Positions 1 through 9,053 of a stretch of DNA of 56,287 nt are shown here, in pieces. The DNA is from an uncultured Deinococcales bacterium (GTDB taxonomy: Bacteria > Deinococcota > Deinococci > Deinococcales > JAAFIG01): contig CAXTKV010000005.1 of the NCBI GenBank assembly GCA_964244895.1, positions 1-56,287 on the forward strand. The letters run 5' to 3'. The translations under genes were made by a program, and so were the position numbers. How positions within the stretch are numbered: position 1 is the first letter of the stretch; every line of letters starts with the position of its first letter. The notes beneath the pieces were generated by a model, which saw nothing but the letters and a program-made list of their open reading frames with translations, was not told the DNA's origin and searched no databases.

Positions 1-1857
1 CGAGGATCGGATGCCGGTGTGAAAGCCGTTAGCCACACTTCGCTTGACACGCCCAACCCTGAGGCACGATGCGTCCGTTTTAGCGATATCGAGGTTGATG
101 GAACTGAAGTGTGGTACGTCAACCAAGACCGACGCATCCCCTGGAGGGGCCTGTGGGTTCCTCAGACTGCGGAGTTGGCCCTCGTAAGGACGCCAAATCC
201 CCGCGTCGAGGTCGAGGAACCACATCGGAATCTGGTCGCGCAGGGTCGTGAGGCTGGCATTGCTCTTGGTCGGGTCTTGAATTGGCAAGCGCAACCGTGC
301 TTTCGCGTTCCGACTGAGGTTGTACCGACGACCCGCTGCGTCTTGAATCTCGACGTAGGCTGCCCCGAATGACTCGAGCCTGACGAGCTTGCCATTCGAG
401 AGGCCGCCCGCGTTGCCCTCGAGCGATTCGAGGTTGGTATCGATGGTTGCGAAGGCGATTTTCACCTCGCCACTAGCGGGCGTATTCGTGCCTTCGAGTA
501 CCAATGATTTTGCCGGGATCGTCAGTGAAGCTCCCCGGCGCTTGTAGTGGAGCCTGTCGGCCATCGGATCGCGAAGCCAGTTGACGCGCGTGTCGGTCAG
601 GGTCAGCGGTCGCTGCGGATCGAAATTGGAGACCTGGGCTTGGGTTAGCGGGTAGCTTCGGCCCACCGAGGCGTTACTTTGCCACTCGGCATACGGTCGA
701 TAGCCGAAGCGCTCGACCACCAGCAAGTAGCGCTGGGCGGGCTCGACGCTAGCGCGGAACTGACCGTCAACGGTGGTGTTGACCGTGGTCAGCTTTCTGA
801 CCGCTCCGCCGTCGAATTGGCCTGAAATGGTAACTTGCACGTCGGCCAGCGGCTCATTATTTCCCAACACCCGTCCGCCGAAGGTTTGAGTGGTGGCACC
901 GACCTGGATCGTCAAACTCCGCCTGGAAAACCCGCCGCGACTGTCATTGGTGAGCCCGTAGAGCGTGTAAATCCCAGGAGCCGACGGCGCGGTCCATTTG
1001 ACGCGTTCGCCGGTCGGGGCGCTCAACGTGCCCGAACCGTCGAGTAGTCTCCATTGCATCTCCAGCGGATCGCCATTGGTGTCGAATGAGCGGCTGCCGA
1101 CCTCGAAGCGTTCGCCAGGCAATACAGTCGTCACCGGGAGTCGGCTCCGAATCGGATCGAGGGAGCGCAGGCTGGGTGGGAGGTTTTTTGATTGGAACGA
1201 AAGTTCTGTCGGCAGGTTCGGCGCCGCATCCGGGGCGCTCGCTTTGAATTTGTCTTTCTGGCAGGTTCCTTGGATGCGGGCGTTCCTCGGCACGTTTGTC
1301 AACACGAAATAACCGTCGGGGTTCGATTGTACCGTGGACCTGATCGCTCCTGCGGCATCGAGCGCTGCGGCCTGTCCGACGGCGTTGGCGTTGAAGAACT
1401 CGTCGGTAAACCAGCACGGCGAGCCGTCGGCCAGCGTAAACCGACCGACGACCGCAAAGCTGTTCGGAAATCGCGCCGGGGTCGGCGTGACAAAACCGAT
1501 GTATTCGCGCCCGCCAGGACGAACTTCCACTGGTTTCGGGAAGCAGTCGGTGGTGTAGCCCGAAACAGCCCAGCACACGCGGTACTCGCCGGGTGTTAGG
1601 CTCGGAAAAGCGAAGCGCCCCTCTCGGTCAGTGGTGGTTTTGGTGAGCACTCGCAGACTCGCGTCGCGCAACTGAACTTCGAAGTTCGGCAGTGCGAAGC
1701 GTTCGGGTTTTGCGAGTTCGAGGTTGGCATGGACGATGCCTGAAAGACCGCCGGTAGTAAGCGGTTGCGCGTCAACCTTGTAACTCCTCCAGACGGCCAG
1801 TGATGCTGCAGCGGCCATCAACAGTAGGGCGCGGGTTGCACTGATATGAAATAGCAC
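1..1857 (-). CDS. Large secreted multidomain protein, 3'-truncated by the window edge: carboxypeptidase-regulatory-like/Ig/PKD-like domains plus a CILP/FAM171-like beta-sandwich region
   Basis: Absent from the ORF track (no stop in window). Manual translation from GTG 1857 is open to base 1: MLFHISATRALLLMAAAASLAVW (signal-like), TTTDREGRFAFPSLTPGEYRVCW, DTNGDPLEMQW..VKWTAPSAPGIYTL, LESFGAAYVEIQD..IPMWFLDLDAGIW..VPHFSSINLD. Confidence 0.8.
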   Translation of the reverse strand, partial: MLFHISATRALLLMAAAASLAVWRSYKVDAQPLTTGGLSGIVHANLELAKPERFALPNFEVQLRDASLRVLTKTTTDREGRFAFPSLTPGEYRVCWAVSGYTTDCFPKPVEVRPGGREYIGFVTPTPARFPNSFAVVGRFTLADGSPCWFTDEFFNANAVGQAAALDAAGAIRSTVQSNPDGYFVLTNVPRNARIQGTCQKDKFKASAPDAAPNLPTELSFQSKNLPPSLRSLDPIRSRLPVTTVLPGERFEVGSRSFDTNGDPLEMQWRLLDGSGTLSAPTGERVKWTAPSAPGIYTLYGLTNDSRGGFSRRSLTIQVGATTQTFGGRVLGNNEPLADVQVTISGQFDGGAVRKLTTVNTTVDGQFRASVEPAQRYLLVVERFGYRPYAEWQSNASVGRSYPLTQAQVSNFDPQRPLTLTDTRVNWLRDPMADRLHYKRRGASLTIPAKSLVLEGTNTPASGEVKIAFATIDTNLESLEGNAGGLSNGKLVRLESFGAAYVEIQDAAGRRYNLSRNAKARLRLPIQDPTKSNASLTTLRDQIPMWFLDLDAGIWRPYEGQLRSLRNPQAPPGDASVLVDVPHFSSINLDIAKTDASCLRVGRVKRSVANGFHTGIRSS

Positions 1858-2048
1858 GGTGATACCCCCGTTCGTCAGGTGAGCCGGGTGACAGTACTCT
1901 CCCGGCGCGGCAACGATCAACGAGCTGCGTTAAGCTAAGAAGAGAGTGAACCTCGAGCGGGTCGCCCAGCACGGCGGCGTTTTGCGTTGACCCATTTGTT
2001 GATTTTTGCTCTCACCAGATCCCCAATTCGGCGGTCGGTGCGGCGACT

Positions 2049-3554
2049 TCAGGTCGCCTTGAGGGCTTGGCTGATCAGTTCAGGGATGCCGAAGGTTCCC
2101 GTCGGACCAAGAAAATCCTGCCGGGGCCGCCAGGTCGTGTCTTGGAACAGAAACGAATTATGATCGGCGAGCAACAATCCCACGAATACTTCGCCAACGA
2201 GACGCCCTCCGGTTTTGCCGAGGCGAATCGGTGAGGCGTTGCTCTTGAAGGCTTGCTGGGCCTCACTGAGGATGTAAAACCACAATGGGGCGTTGTCCTT
2301 AAAATTTGCGGAGATATCGACCAGTTTCAGATTTCTGTTCGAGTCTGCCTCGGTGGCCTTACCTACCTTGAGGGCATCGTCCGGGACTACTGGGATACCC
2401 ATCCGTCGCGCGACCGCCTGACCCGAGGGCAGCCCGCGAACCAAGCCGCGTATGAGATTGCGTTCCGCGAGCGATGGCACAGTCGCCACAATCGATGGTG
2501 GCAGTTGCCCGAGCGGGTTGACAAGCGATGAATCGATCTTGTAAGCGGGCTGAACTCGGGTTGCTGCGTCAGCCGTCGGTTGAGGGGCCATCATGAAGAA
2601 CAAGTTCCATTCGATACCCCAGTTGCTGGGGAATTCTCGAAATCCCGTCAGGCTCGAGTTCGGATTGGCCGAGAAGATATCGAACCGCGGCACGTTGCGG
2701 CTGAGCCGGTAGATCGGGCGAACCATCGAGTGACCGAAACGGTAGGCGGCGACCGCAAACTCGATTGGGATGTAGGGCTCCTTCTCCCATCGGTAAAAGT
2801 GCAACTTTGGCGGGTCTTGAATGATCGTCGTGCCCTTCTTGATGTGTGGCAGGATTTCATCGAGCGTGTCCTGCCCGATGATCATCGGCAGAAAGTCTCG
2901 CAGTACCGCCCATTGGTAGTGCCAGCGCACGGTCTGCTGGACGGTTCGGAAGTTCGCCGTGGGCATCACATCAACAACGCGGTTGTGGAACCGGATCATC
3001 GTCGCCTGAAGTTGCGAGACGATGACGTTTTCGTCGTTCCGGGGGTCGCCGATCAAGGCGCGGCCCTGCGCGTTGCGCTGAACATCCTGGGCATTTGGAT
3101 CGTTTGGATTGCCGGTCAACGGCCGCCCAAGCAACATTTTCCTGTTCCTGGGACTGACCTGGTCGTACAGATACGGCTGATCATCTGGACCACGCCCGTA
3201 GACGCAGTCCAAATCGAATCGCGGTGTGCGGAAATCAGTCAGTCCGTCGGGATCGTTGATTTTAGTGCCGAGTGGCTGAGGGTCGAACGTGAGGTCATGA
3301 TCAATGAATTGACCGAAGTACGTATAGCCAGCCGAGATCGCCGTACTCTCCTCGTCATCGACCTGATCTTCTGGTGTGTTGTCTCCACCTGGGGCAACCA
3401 TTGCCTGAGCCAGATTTCGAAGGTCGTTCCGGTCATGCACGGCTGCCGTGAGGGTTCGGAACATCCGCCCAAACCGGCCTTCGAACATCGGTGAGGCGGG
3501 AACCGCATCGAGTCCTCGAATCGCCCCGTGAGTTCCTTGTTCTTTTGCCGCCAT
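2049..3554 (-). CDS. Heme peroxidase, peroxidase-cyclooxygenase (animal heme peroxidase) superfamily
   Basis: YTYFGQFIDHDLTFD, GDPRNDEN, AAYRFGHSMVR (proximal His), PLWFYIL; RBS GGAGG. Confidence 0.9.
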   Translation of the reverse strand: MAAKEQGTHGAIRGLDAVPASPMFEGRFGRMFRTLTAAVHDRNDLRNLAQAMVAPGGDNTPEDQVDDEESTAISAGYTYFGQFIDHDLTFDPQPLGTKINDPDGLTDFRTPRFDLDCVYGRGPDDQPYLYDQVSPRNRKMLLGRPLTGNPNDPNAQDVQRNAQGRALIGDPRNDENVIVSQLQATMIRFHNRVVDVMPTANFRTVQQTVRWHYQWAVLRDFLPMIIGQDTLDEILPHIKKGTTIIQDPPKLHFYRWEKEPYIPIEFAVAAYRFGHSMVRPIYRLSRNVPRFDIFSANPNSSLTGFREFPSNWGIEWNLFFMMAPQPTADAATRVQPAYKIDSSLVNPLGQLPPSIVATVPSLAERNLIRGLVRGLPSGQAVARRMGIPVVPDDALKVGKATEADSNRNLKLVDISANFKDNAPLWFYILSEAQQAFKSNASPIRLGKTGGRLVGEVFVGLLLADHNSFLFQDTTWRPRQDFLGPTGTFGIPELISQALKAT

Positions 3555-3881
3555 GTGAACCTCCGAATGGTCACGAAAAATAGGGAAGATAGTGTTGAGC
3601 CGACCGGCACGCCCTCAACGGGCTGGCGTGGTCGCACCCGGTGTAGTCGCTCGATGGCCCAGGAACGGTCCGCCCCCCGAACCACTCGGATCGGCCAGCG
3701 TCACGCCGACGAGAGATAAAACGACCACGACCAGCAAACGCTGTGCTGTACGCATATTCGACCTCCCCACGATCTGAGGGGAGTTTCAGGGGGTCGCGTA
3801 TTGTGATTGTATTGCGCCCGTCCTGTACGCATTTCTGGCGGTTTTTGTGAATCCGACTCGAACTGGGTTCACAATGTCTTC

Positions 3882-5801
3882 ATGCTTCACGGCCACCCGC
3901 TGCTCGAGATAGGGCTCAAGGGTCACTACGCCGAGGCCGTCAAGGCCTTCGAGGCTCTGCCCAACCCCGCGCCCGAGGATGATCGCTGGGCTGGGTACTG
4001 CCTCGCCGTGCTCGGGAAGTTCAACGCCGCCCGCGAACTGGTGCTGCGCGCTCGCCGTCGCGGTTGCGCGGCGGCGGGCATCGAACTCGCGCTGGTCGAG
4101 CGCACCCTCGGTGAACTCGAGCGCTCCGAGACCGCCCTCGCAGGCATCCTCTTCGAGGACCTCGCGCCGTTCGATCGCACCCTCTTCTGGCGCGAAACCG
4201 GCATGGTGCGCCTGGCTCGAGGCGACCTGCGCGCCACGATGGAGGCCCTCGAGCGCGCCTGGGCCTGCGCCTCAAACGACGAATCGTGCGCGCCCCTGCT
4301 GCCCGGCCTCGCCCAGGCGCACGCCCTCGCCTACGGCCAATCCGGGCGCGACGTTCGCGCCGAGGCCTGGATCGAGCTGGCGCTGGGCCAGGCCAGCCTC
4401 GCCAAGCGCGGCAGCCTGCTCTCGACGCGCGGCCTGACCCGCGTCCATCTTGGGCGCTACGGCGAGGCCGAGGCTGACCTCACCGAGGCTCGCGGCCTGC
4501 TCGAGGGTGCGCCTCGTGATGGGCTGATCCTCGACTACCATGAGAGCCTGCTGGCGCGGGCGAAGGGCGAGTTTCAGCGCTCGCTCGAACTCTTGTGCCT
4601 GACGGCGAGGCGGGCGCACGCGATGGACGAACCCGAAACCGAGGTCTACGCGGAGTTGAACCTGTGCGCGATTGAAACGCTGCTCGAGCATCCCGACGCG
4701 GCGCACGCCCACCTCGCACGGGCTGTGCACCTCGCGAAGAGCGAGAAGATGCAGGCGATGGCGCGCTTGCGCGAGGCGGCCCTGCTCGCGCGAGCTGCCC
4801 CGGAGCAGGCCATTGCACGCCTCGAGGACACGGCGCGCGCCTTCCACGACTTGCACCTCGAGCGCGAGGCGGGCTGGGCACGGCTCCACCAGGCCGAGGC
4901 GTGTCTGCGCGCCAACCTCATTCACGAGGCCGACCAAGCGCTCGCCCAGGCCGTGTTAATCCGCCACGCGCTCGGCGCGAGCGTCTTCAGCCTCGAGCTG
5001 CGGGGCCTGGTCGCCGTGCTTGAGCACCTGGCCGCGCACCCGGAGCATCCCGCCCGGATCGTGCTCGAGGACTGGCACGCCTGTGGCCCGAGCGCCCCCT
5101 TGCAGGTGCGGTTGCGGGTCTTTGGCCGATCCGCGCTCGAGGTCGATGGAACCCCGATCAAGCTCGGGCTGGCGCGCAGCCTCGAGGTCCTGGCCTACCT
5201 GGTCGACCGCCCGGCGGTGGGGCTAATGCGGCTGATCCGCGATCTCTTCCCGGACGCGCCCAAGAACCAGGCGAGGCTGTACTTCCACCAGGTCAGGTAC
5301 GACCTCGAGAAGGCCGTGCCGGGCTTGAGCATCCCGCACGATCCGCGCACCAAAAGCTACCGCCTCGTCAGCCTGGGGCCGAGCTTCAGCGCGGATGTGA
5401 TGGACTTCAAAGCGGCCCTCATCGAAAAAGGCGAAGATGGGCTCGAGCGCGCCCTGGCCTTGTTCGGAGGACCGTTCCTGCCAGAGGCGGAGAGTGAGTG
5501 GGCGAGCGTGGAGCGTGCGAATTTGGCGTGGTCGGCCCTCAAGGTCGGGCTCGAGGTGATCGAGGGCTGGTTCGTCGAGGGTCAGTACGAGAAGTGCCTG
5601 CGCCTGGCGGGGCGCTTGCTCGAGATCGACCCGTTCGATGAGACCCTCGGCGAATACCTGGTGCGGGCGACCCGAGAACTGCGGGGTTCGGCCCTGGCGG
5701 CGCACACGGTCGAGCGTTTGCGGCGGCGCTTCGAGGAGGAGATCGGCGAGGTCTCGCCGGTCCTCGAGCAGCTCAAACGGGAAATTGTTGAGTTGAACTG
5801 A
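3882..5801 (+). CDS. TPR-containing transcriptional regulator with C-terminal wHTH/BTAD (SARP-like) domain
   Basis: Ala/Leu-rich helical repeats, then VRLRVFG..LEVLAYL..GPFLPEAESEWAS..LEIDPFDE; ATG 3882 preferred over TTG 3807. Confidence 0.8.
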   Translation: MLHGHPLLEIGLKGHYAEAVKAFEALPNPAPEDDRWAGYCLAVLGKFNAARELVLRARRRGCAAAGIELALVERTLGELERSETALAGILFEDLAPFDRTLFWRETGMVRLARGDLRATMEALERAWACASNDESCAPLLPGLAQAHALAYGQSGRDVRAEAWIELALGQASLAKRGSLLSTRGLTRVHLGRYGEAEADLTEARGLLEGAPRDGLILDYHESLLARAKGEFQRSLELLCLTARRAHAMDEPETEVYAELNLCAIETLLEHPDAAHAHLARAVHLAKSEKMQAMARLREAALLARAAPEQAIARLEDTARAFHDLHLEREAGWARLHQAEACLRANLIHEADQALAQAVLIRHALGASVFSLELRGLVAVLEHLAAHPEHPARIVLEDWHACGPSAPLQVRLRVFGRSALEVDGTPIKLGLARSLEVLAYLVDRPAVGLMRLIRDLFPDAPKNQARLYFHQVRYDLEKAVPGLSIPHDPRTKSYRLVSLGPSFSADVMDFKAALIEKGEDGLERALALFGGPFLPEAESEWASVERANLAWSALKVGLEVIEGWFVEGQYEKCLRLAGRLLEIDPFDETLGEYLVRATRELRGSALAAHTVERLRRRFEEEIGEVSPVLEQLKREIVELN

Positions 5802-5990
5802 TCACGCCCGGACAACCATCGACACGGTCAGCATGCTTTGCCGCCGATCCGTCGTGGATTCGTTTGTGGAATGCGCGAAGACCATTCCATGCCGTCCTGA
5901 ATGAGGATTGGTGAGACTCGAGGGATCGGCGGCATCCAGTGGCGACTCCTACCCACAAAATACGGCGACTGGAACACGGTCTACAAACGT

Positions 5991-6029
5991 TTCTTGCTCA
6001 CAAGATAGCACCTGACGGGCTGTTCGCGC
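5991..6029 (+). repeat. 39-bp micro-insertion, type 1, copy A
   Basis: TTCTTGCTCACAAGATAGCACCTGACGGGCTGTTCGCGC; removal restores YKRFNRW; carries an in-frame TAG. Confidence 0.9.
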
Positions 6030-6280
6030 TTCAACCGCTGGGCCGAACGAGGCATCTGGCAAGCCATGCTTGAACACTTCACTACAGACGCAGACATGGA
6101 AAGCGTGATGATTGATGCGACCTTCATCCGAGCGCACTCGAGTGCCGCCGCTCAAGGGGGGATCAGGCAGAACAAGGACTCGGCAGAAGCAAAGGTGGCT
6201 TCACCAGTAAAATCCATGCTGTTGTAGACGCACTCGGTAATCCATTACGGTTCATTCTGACGGGTGGGAACCGCAACGAT

Positions 6281-6586
6281 GTGACGCAGGCTCTGGGGTT
6301 GCTCGAGGGCTGGGAGACGGAGCGGGTAATTGGGGATAAAGGCTACGATGCTCAATCCGTGTTGGATCAGGCGGAAGTGATGAAGGCAGAGGCGGTGATC
6401 CCGCCGAAACGGAACCGGGTGGTTCAGCGAGAAATTGACCGAGAGTTTTACAAGGAGCGGCATCTGGTGGAGTGTTTTTTCGGTAAGCTCAAGCAGTTCA
6501 GGCGGGTGTTCTCGAGGTTCGATCAGTTGGGCAGGAACTACCTGGCGTTCGTGGAGTTCGCGTCGGTGATGATCTGGTTGAGGTAA
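6281..6586 (+). pseudogene. IS5-family transposase, C-terminal DDE part
   Basis: GDKGYD, VIPPKRNR, YKERHLVECFFGKLKQFRRVFSRFD. Confidence 0.85.
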
Positions 6587-6716
6587 ATGTCAACACGGCC
6601 TAGCAGCCTGGCTCAAAGCCCACCCGGATATCGAGATCGTGACCCGAGATCGCTCCAAGGAGTACGCCCTTGGCATCAGCGAAGGCGCACCCCAAGCCAA
6701 GCAAGTCGTGGACCGC

Positions 6717-6755
6717 TTCTTGCTCACAAGACAGCACCTACCGGGCTGTTCGCGC
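6717..6755 (+). repeat. 39-bp micro-insertion, type 1, copy B
   Basis: TTCTTGCTCACAAGACAGCACCTACCGGGCTGTTCGCGC; removal restores DRWHLLKN. Confidence 0.9.
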
Positions 6756-7576
6756 TGGCACTTATTGAAAAACCTGCGCGAATGCCTTGAGCGCGTGCTG
6801 GACAGGAACCGCGAACTGATCGCGCAGATCGCTCAGACGATCAAGGCGTCCGTCAAACACCCACGTTCGAGCAGCGAGCGAGCCGCTCAGCAGGCTGCCC
6901 GTGCGCGTCGCAAAGCCAAACACGCGAAGGTCCGCTCAGCCATCCAAGAGGGTGGAAGCATCAGGGCCGGATGCTCACTGGTACGGCGGCTCGACGGCAT
7001 CGCCAAAACTCAAGGGGTGAGCCGGTGGCTGGTGCGGCAGTGCATGAGACCTGACGAGCCACCGCCCAGGCAGTTCCACAAGCGCATGAAGAGCGTTCTC
7101 GACCCTTTCGAAGCGCACTTGGTCGAGCGTTGGCGTGAAGGCTGCACCACGGCGAGCGTTTTGTGCCTCGAGATCAAAGCACAGGGTAATAAGGGTTCAT
7201 GCAAGATGGTCGAGCGTTGGGTATACCGGCAACGTGAGGCGATGAAGGTAACTGGCCGCGATAAGCCGGTCAAGTTTCCAGGCCAGGGGTTCGCGTCTCG
7301 AGACTTGGCCTGGTTGCTCCTTCGCGAGGGCACCGAATTGAGTGATGATGCTCGAGGGGTACGCGATCGCTTTTTGCTTGCTTGGCCCGAGCTTGAGCAC
7401 GTGCAACGGCTGGCGTTAGACTTGGTTCGGATGGTTCGAGTCCGGCAGGATTCAGGCTTTGATGGCTGGCTCGAGCGGTTAAAAGCCAGCGCAGTTCAGG
7501 AGTTGGAATCCTTCGCAGTGGGTCTCGAGCGTGAGAAGGAGGCTGTCAGGGCTGCGCTATCGCTGCCGTGGTCGAA

Positions 7577-7652
7577 ACGCGAACAGCCCGTCAGCGATCC
7601 CGCCCGTCAGGTGCGTTTTGGGATCAAGAAGGTGCTGTCTTGTGAGCAAGAA
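7577..7652 (-). repeat. 39-bp micro-insertion, type 1, copy C (contains nested copy D)
   Basis: Minus strand TTCTTGCTCACAAGACAGCACC[37 bp]TGACGGGCTGTTCGCGT; removal of 76 bp restores LPWSNGPVEG and the frame. Confidence 0.9.
7594..7630 (-). repeat. 37-bp micro-insertion, type 2, copy D, nested in copy C
   Basis: Minus strand TTCTTGATCCCAAAACGCACCTGACGGGCGGGATCGC. Confidence 0.9.
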
Positions 7653-7955
7653 CGGGCCAGTGGAGGGCGTAGTGAATAAGATCAAGTTGGTGAAGCGCAT
7701 GATGTACGGGCGGGCTTCAGTGCCTCTGTTGCGGAAAATGGTTGTGCTGGACGGGTAATTCTCTCGAACCATCAAAAGTGACGAACAGCCCGTTCCATAT
7801 CCTCGTTTTGGGAGTTTGCTCTATCCCAAGGCTTCTTCGTGGGCATTCCGTCCTCGAGCAACCGTCGGTGCAAAAAGATCGACCCGTGAGGTACAGAATT
7901 TCACGGCTCTCGGCGTGGGAGGGGCTAACATTTGTGTTCGCCACCTTCTGCGGGC

Positions 7956-8936
7956 CTACCCTTCATGTTGGCCCATGAAGGATTTTCGCGCCTTCGATGC
8001 CCCGAGGGCCTCGAGCGTTTCCGAAAATCCTTCCGCAAAAGAAGTGTGAGGAATGGTTCCCACCTCGAGTTCATATTTTGTGCCGTCCAGAACCAGAGGG
8101 TTCTCCGTTAGATACATCATTTCTGACATTTCCTTGAAGGCGGGAACGACCAGCCCGAGCACCTGAACTGACACCCGCCCCAATCCGAGGACTGGGCTTC
8201 GGCGACCCAAATATCCCTGGCAGATGTTGAGGATTTCATGGCCGCTGATCAATTGCCCTGGAATGTTCCAGGTCTGACTGAAGGATTCGTCGCGCAAAGC
8301 GATGTTGACAATCATCTTGGCGGCATCAGGCAAATAGACGTACTCTCGAGGCACGCGAAGGCTTCCAACGAAAATCGTCGGTTGACCCCGGACGAGACCC
8401 TGCAAGGTCGGGTCGAGAAAGGCCATCTGGCTGGTCGGCCCGTAGTAATCGGGAAGCCGGACAATGACGGCTCGGGCTTTCTTCCAACGGATCGAGAGCA
8501 CCTCGCGTGCAAAAGCCAGTTTCGCTCGACCTTTTCGGGTGTGAGGGATCATGGGGTACGTTTCTGTCACCGGGTGTCCTGGGGTTCGCCCGTACACGTA
8601 GACGCCGTCAACGAAGACGACCTTTTTCGAGGTCTGTTCGGCTGCTGCCATGACCGAAGCGGCGAGGACGGGAAGCGTCTCGACCATGCCGACGTAGCCG
8701 CCGTTGGCGCATTGGAAGACGACGTCAGCCTGTTCAAAGGCGGAGACCAAGGTGCCCGTTTTGTAAACATCGCCTTCGGCGCACTCGAGAAGCGGTGGCG
8801 ATCCCCAACGGACTCGCAACTTCTCCAGTTTTTGGCGATTTCGTCCGAACACGGTGGTGGGAATTCCTCGAGCCAACAACTCGAGCGCGATGGCCTGACC
8901 GCTTCCACCGGTGGCACCTAAAACCAATGCTTTCAC
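7956..8936 (-). CDS. NAD(P)-dependent epimerase/dehydratase (atypical SDR)
   Basis: MKALVLGATGGSG Rossmann motif, VYVYG, RLPDYYGP, EYVYLPDAA; RBS AAGGAG. Confidence 0.88.
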   Translation of the reverse strand: MKALVLGATGGSGQAIALELLARGIPTTVFGRNRQKLEKLRVRWGSPPLLECAEGDVYKTGTLVSAFEQADVVFQCANGGYVGMVETLPVLAASVMAAAEQTSKKVVFVDGVYVYGRTPGHPVTETYPMIPHTRKGRAKLAFAREVLSIRWKKARAVIVRLPDYYGPTSQMAFLDPTLQGLVRGQPTIFVGSLRVPREYVYLPDAAKMIVNIALRDESFSQTWNIPGQLISGHEILNICQGYLGRRSPVLGLGRVSVQVLGLVVPAFKEMSEMMYLTENPLVLDGTKYELEVGTIPHTSFAEGFSETLEALGASKARKSFMGQHEG

Positions 8937-9025
8937 GGTTGTCTCCTTGGGTCACACGTTTCGGTGGGGATGCTGCTATTGGGCAGTGTTCCGTTTAAAG
9001 CCATTCACTTTCAGAGTAAGAAACC

Positions 9026-9038
9026 CTTTCGCTGATAG
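9026..9038. promoter_or_regulatory. Putative TetR operator
   Basis: Imperfect palindrome CTTTC-GCT-GATAG upstream of the epimerase, similar to CTATC-TTT-GATAA at 9681-9693. Confidence 0.45.
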
Positions 9039-9053
9039 ATTTAAGATAAAAAA

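Larger units (their letters stand above)
5925..6603 (+). mobile_element. IS5-family (IS427-like) element remnant, 5'-truncated and interrupted
   Basis: GIQWRLLPTKYGDWNTVYKRF..NRWAERGIW, MIDATFIRAH, GRSKGGFTSKIHAVVDALGNP, GDKGYDA, YKERHLVECFFGKLKQFRR; right end AATGTCAACACGGCCTAG. Confidence 0.9.
6601..7790 (+). mobile_element. ISL3-family element remnant (5' part lost at the IS5 junction; transposase interrupted and frameshifted)
   Basis: WLKAHPDIEIVTRDRSKEYA..GAPQAKQVVDR/WHLLKN, LDPFEAHL..RWREG, LPWS/NGPVEGVVNKIKLVKRMMYGRA; ISL3-like right end ATCAAAAGTGACGAACAGCC. Confidence 0.9.
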
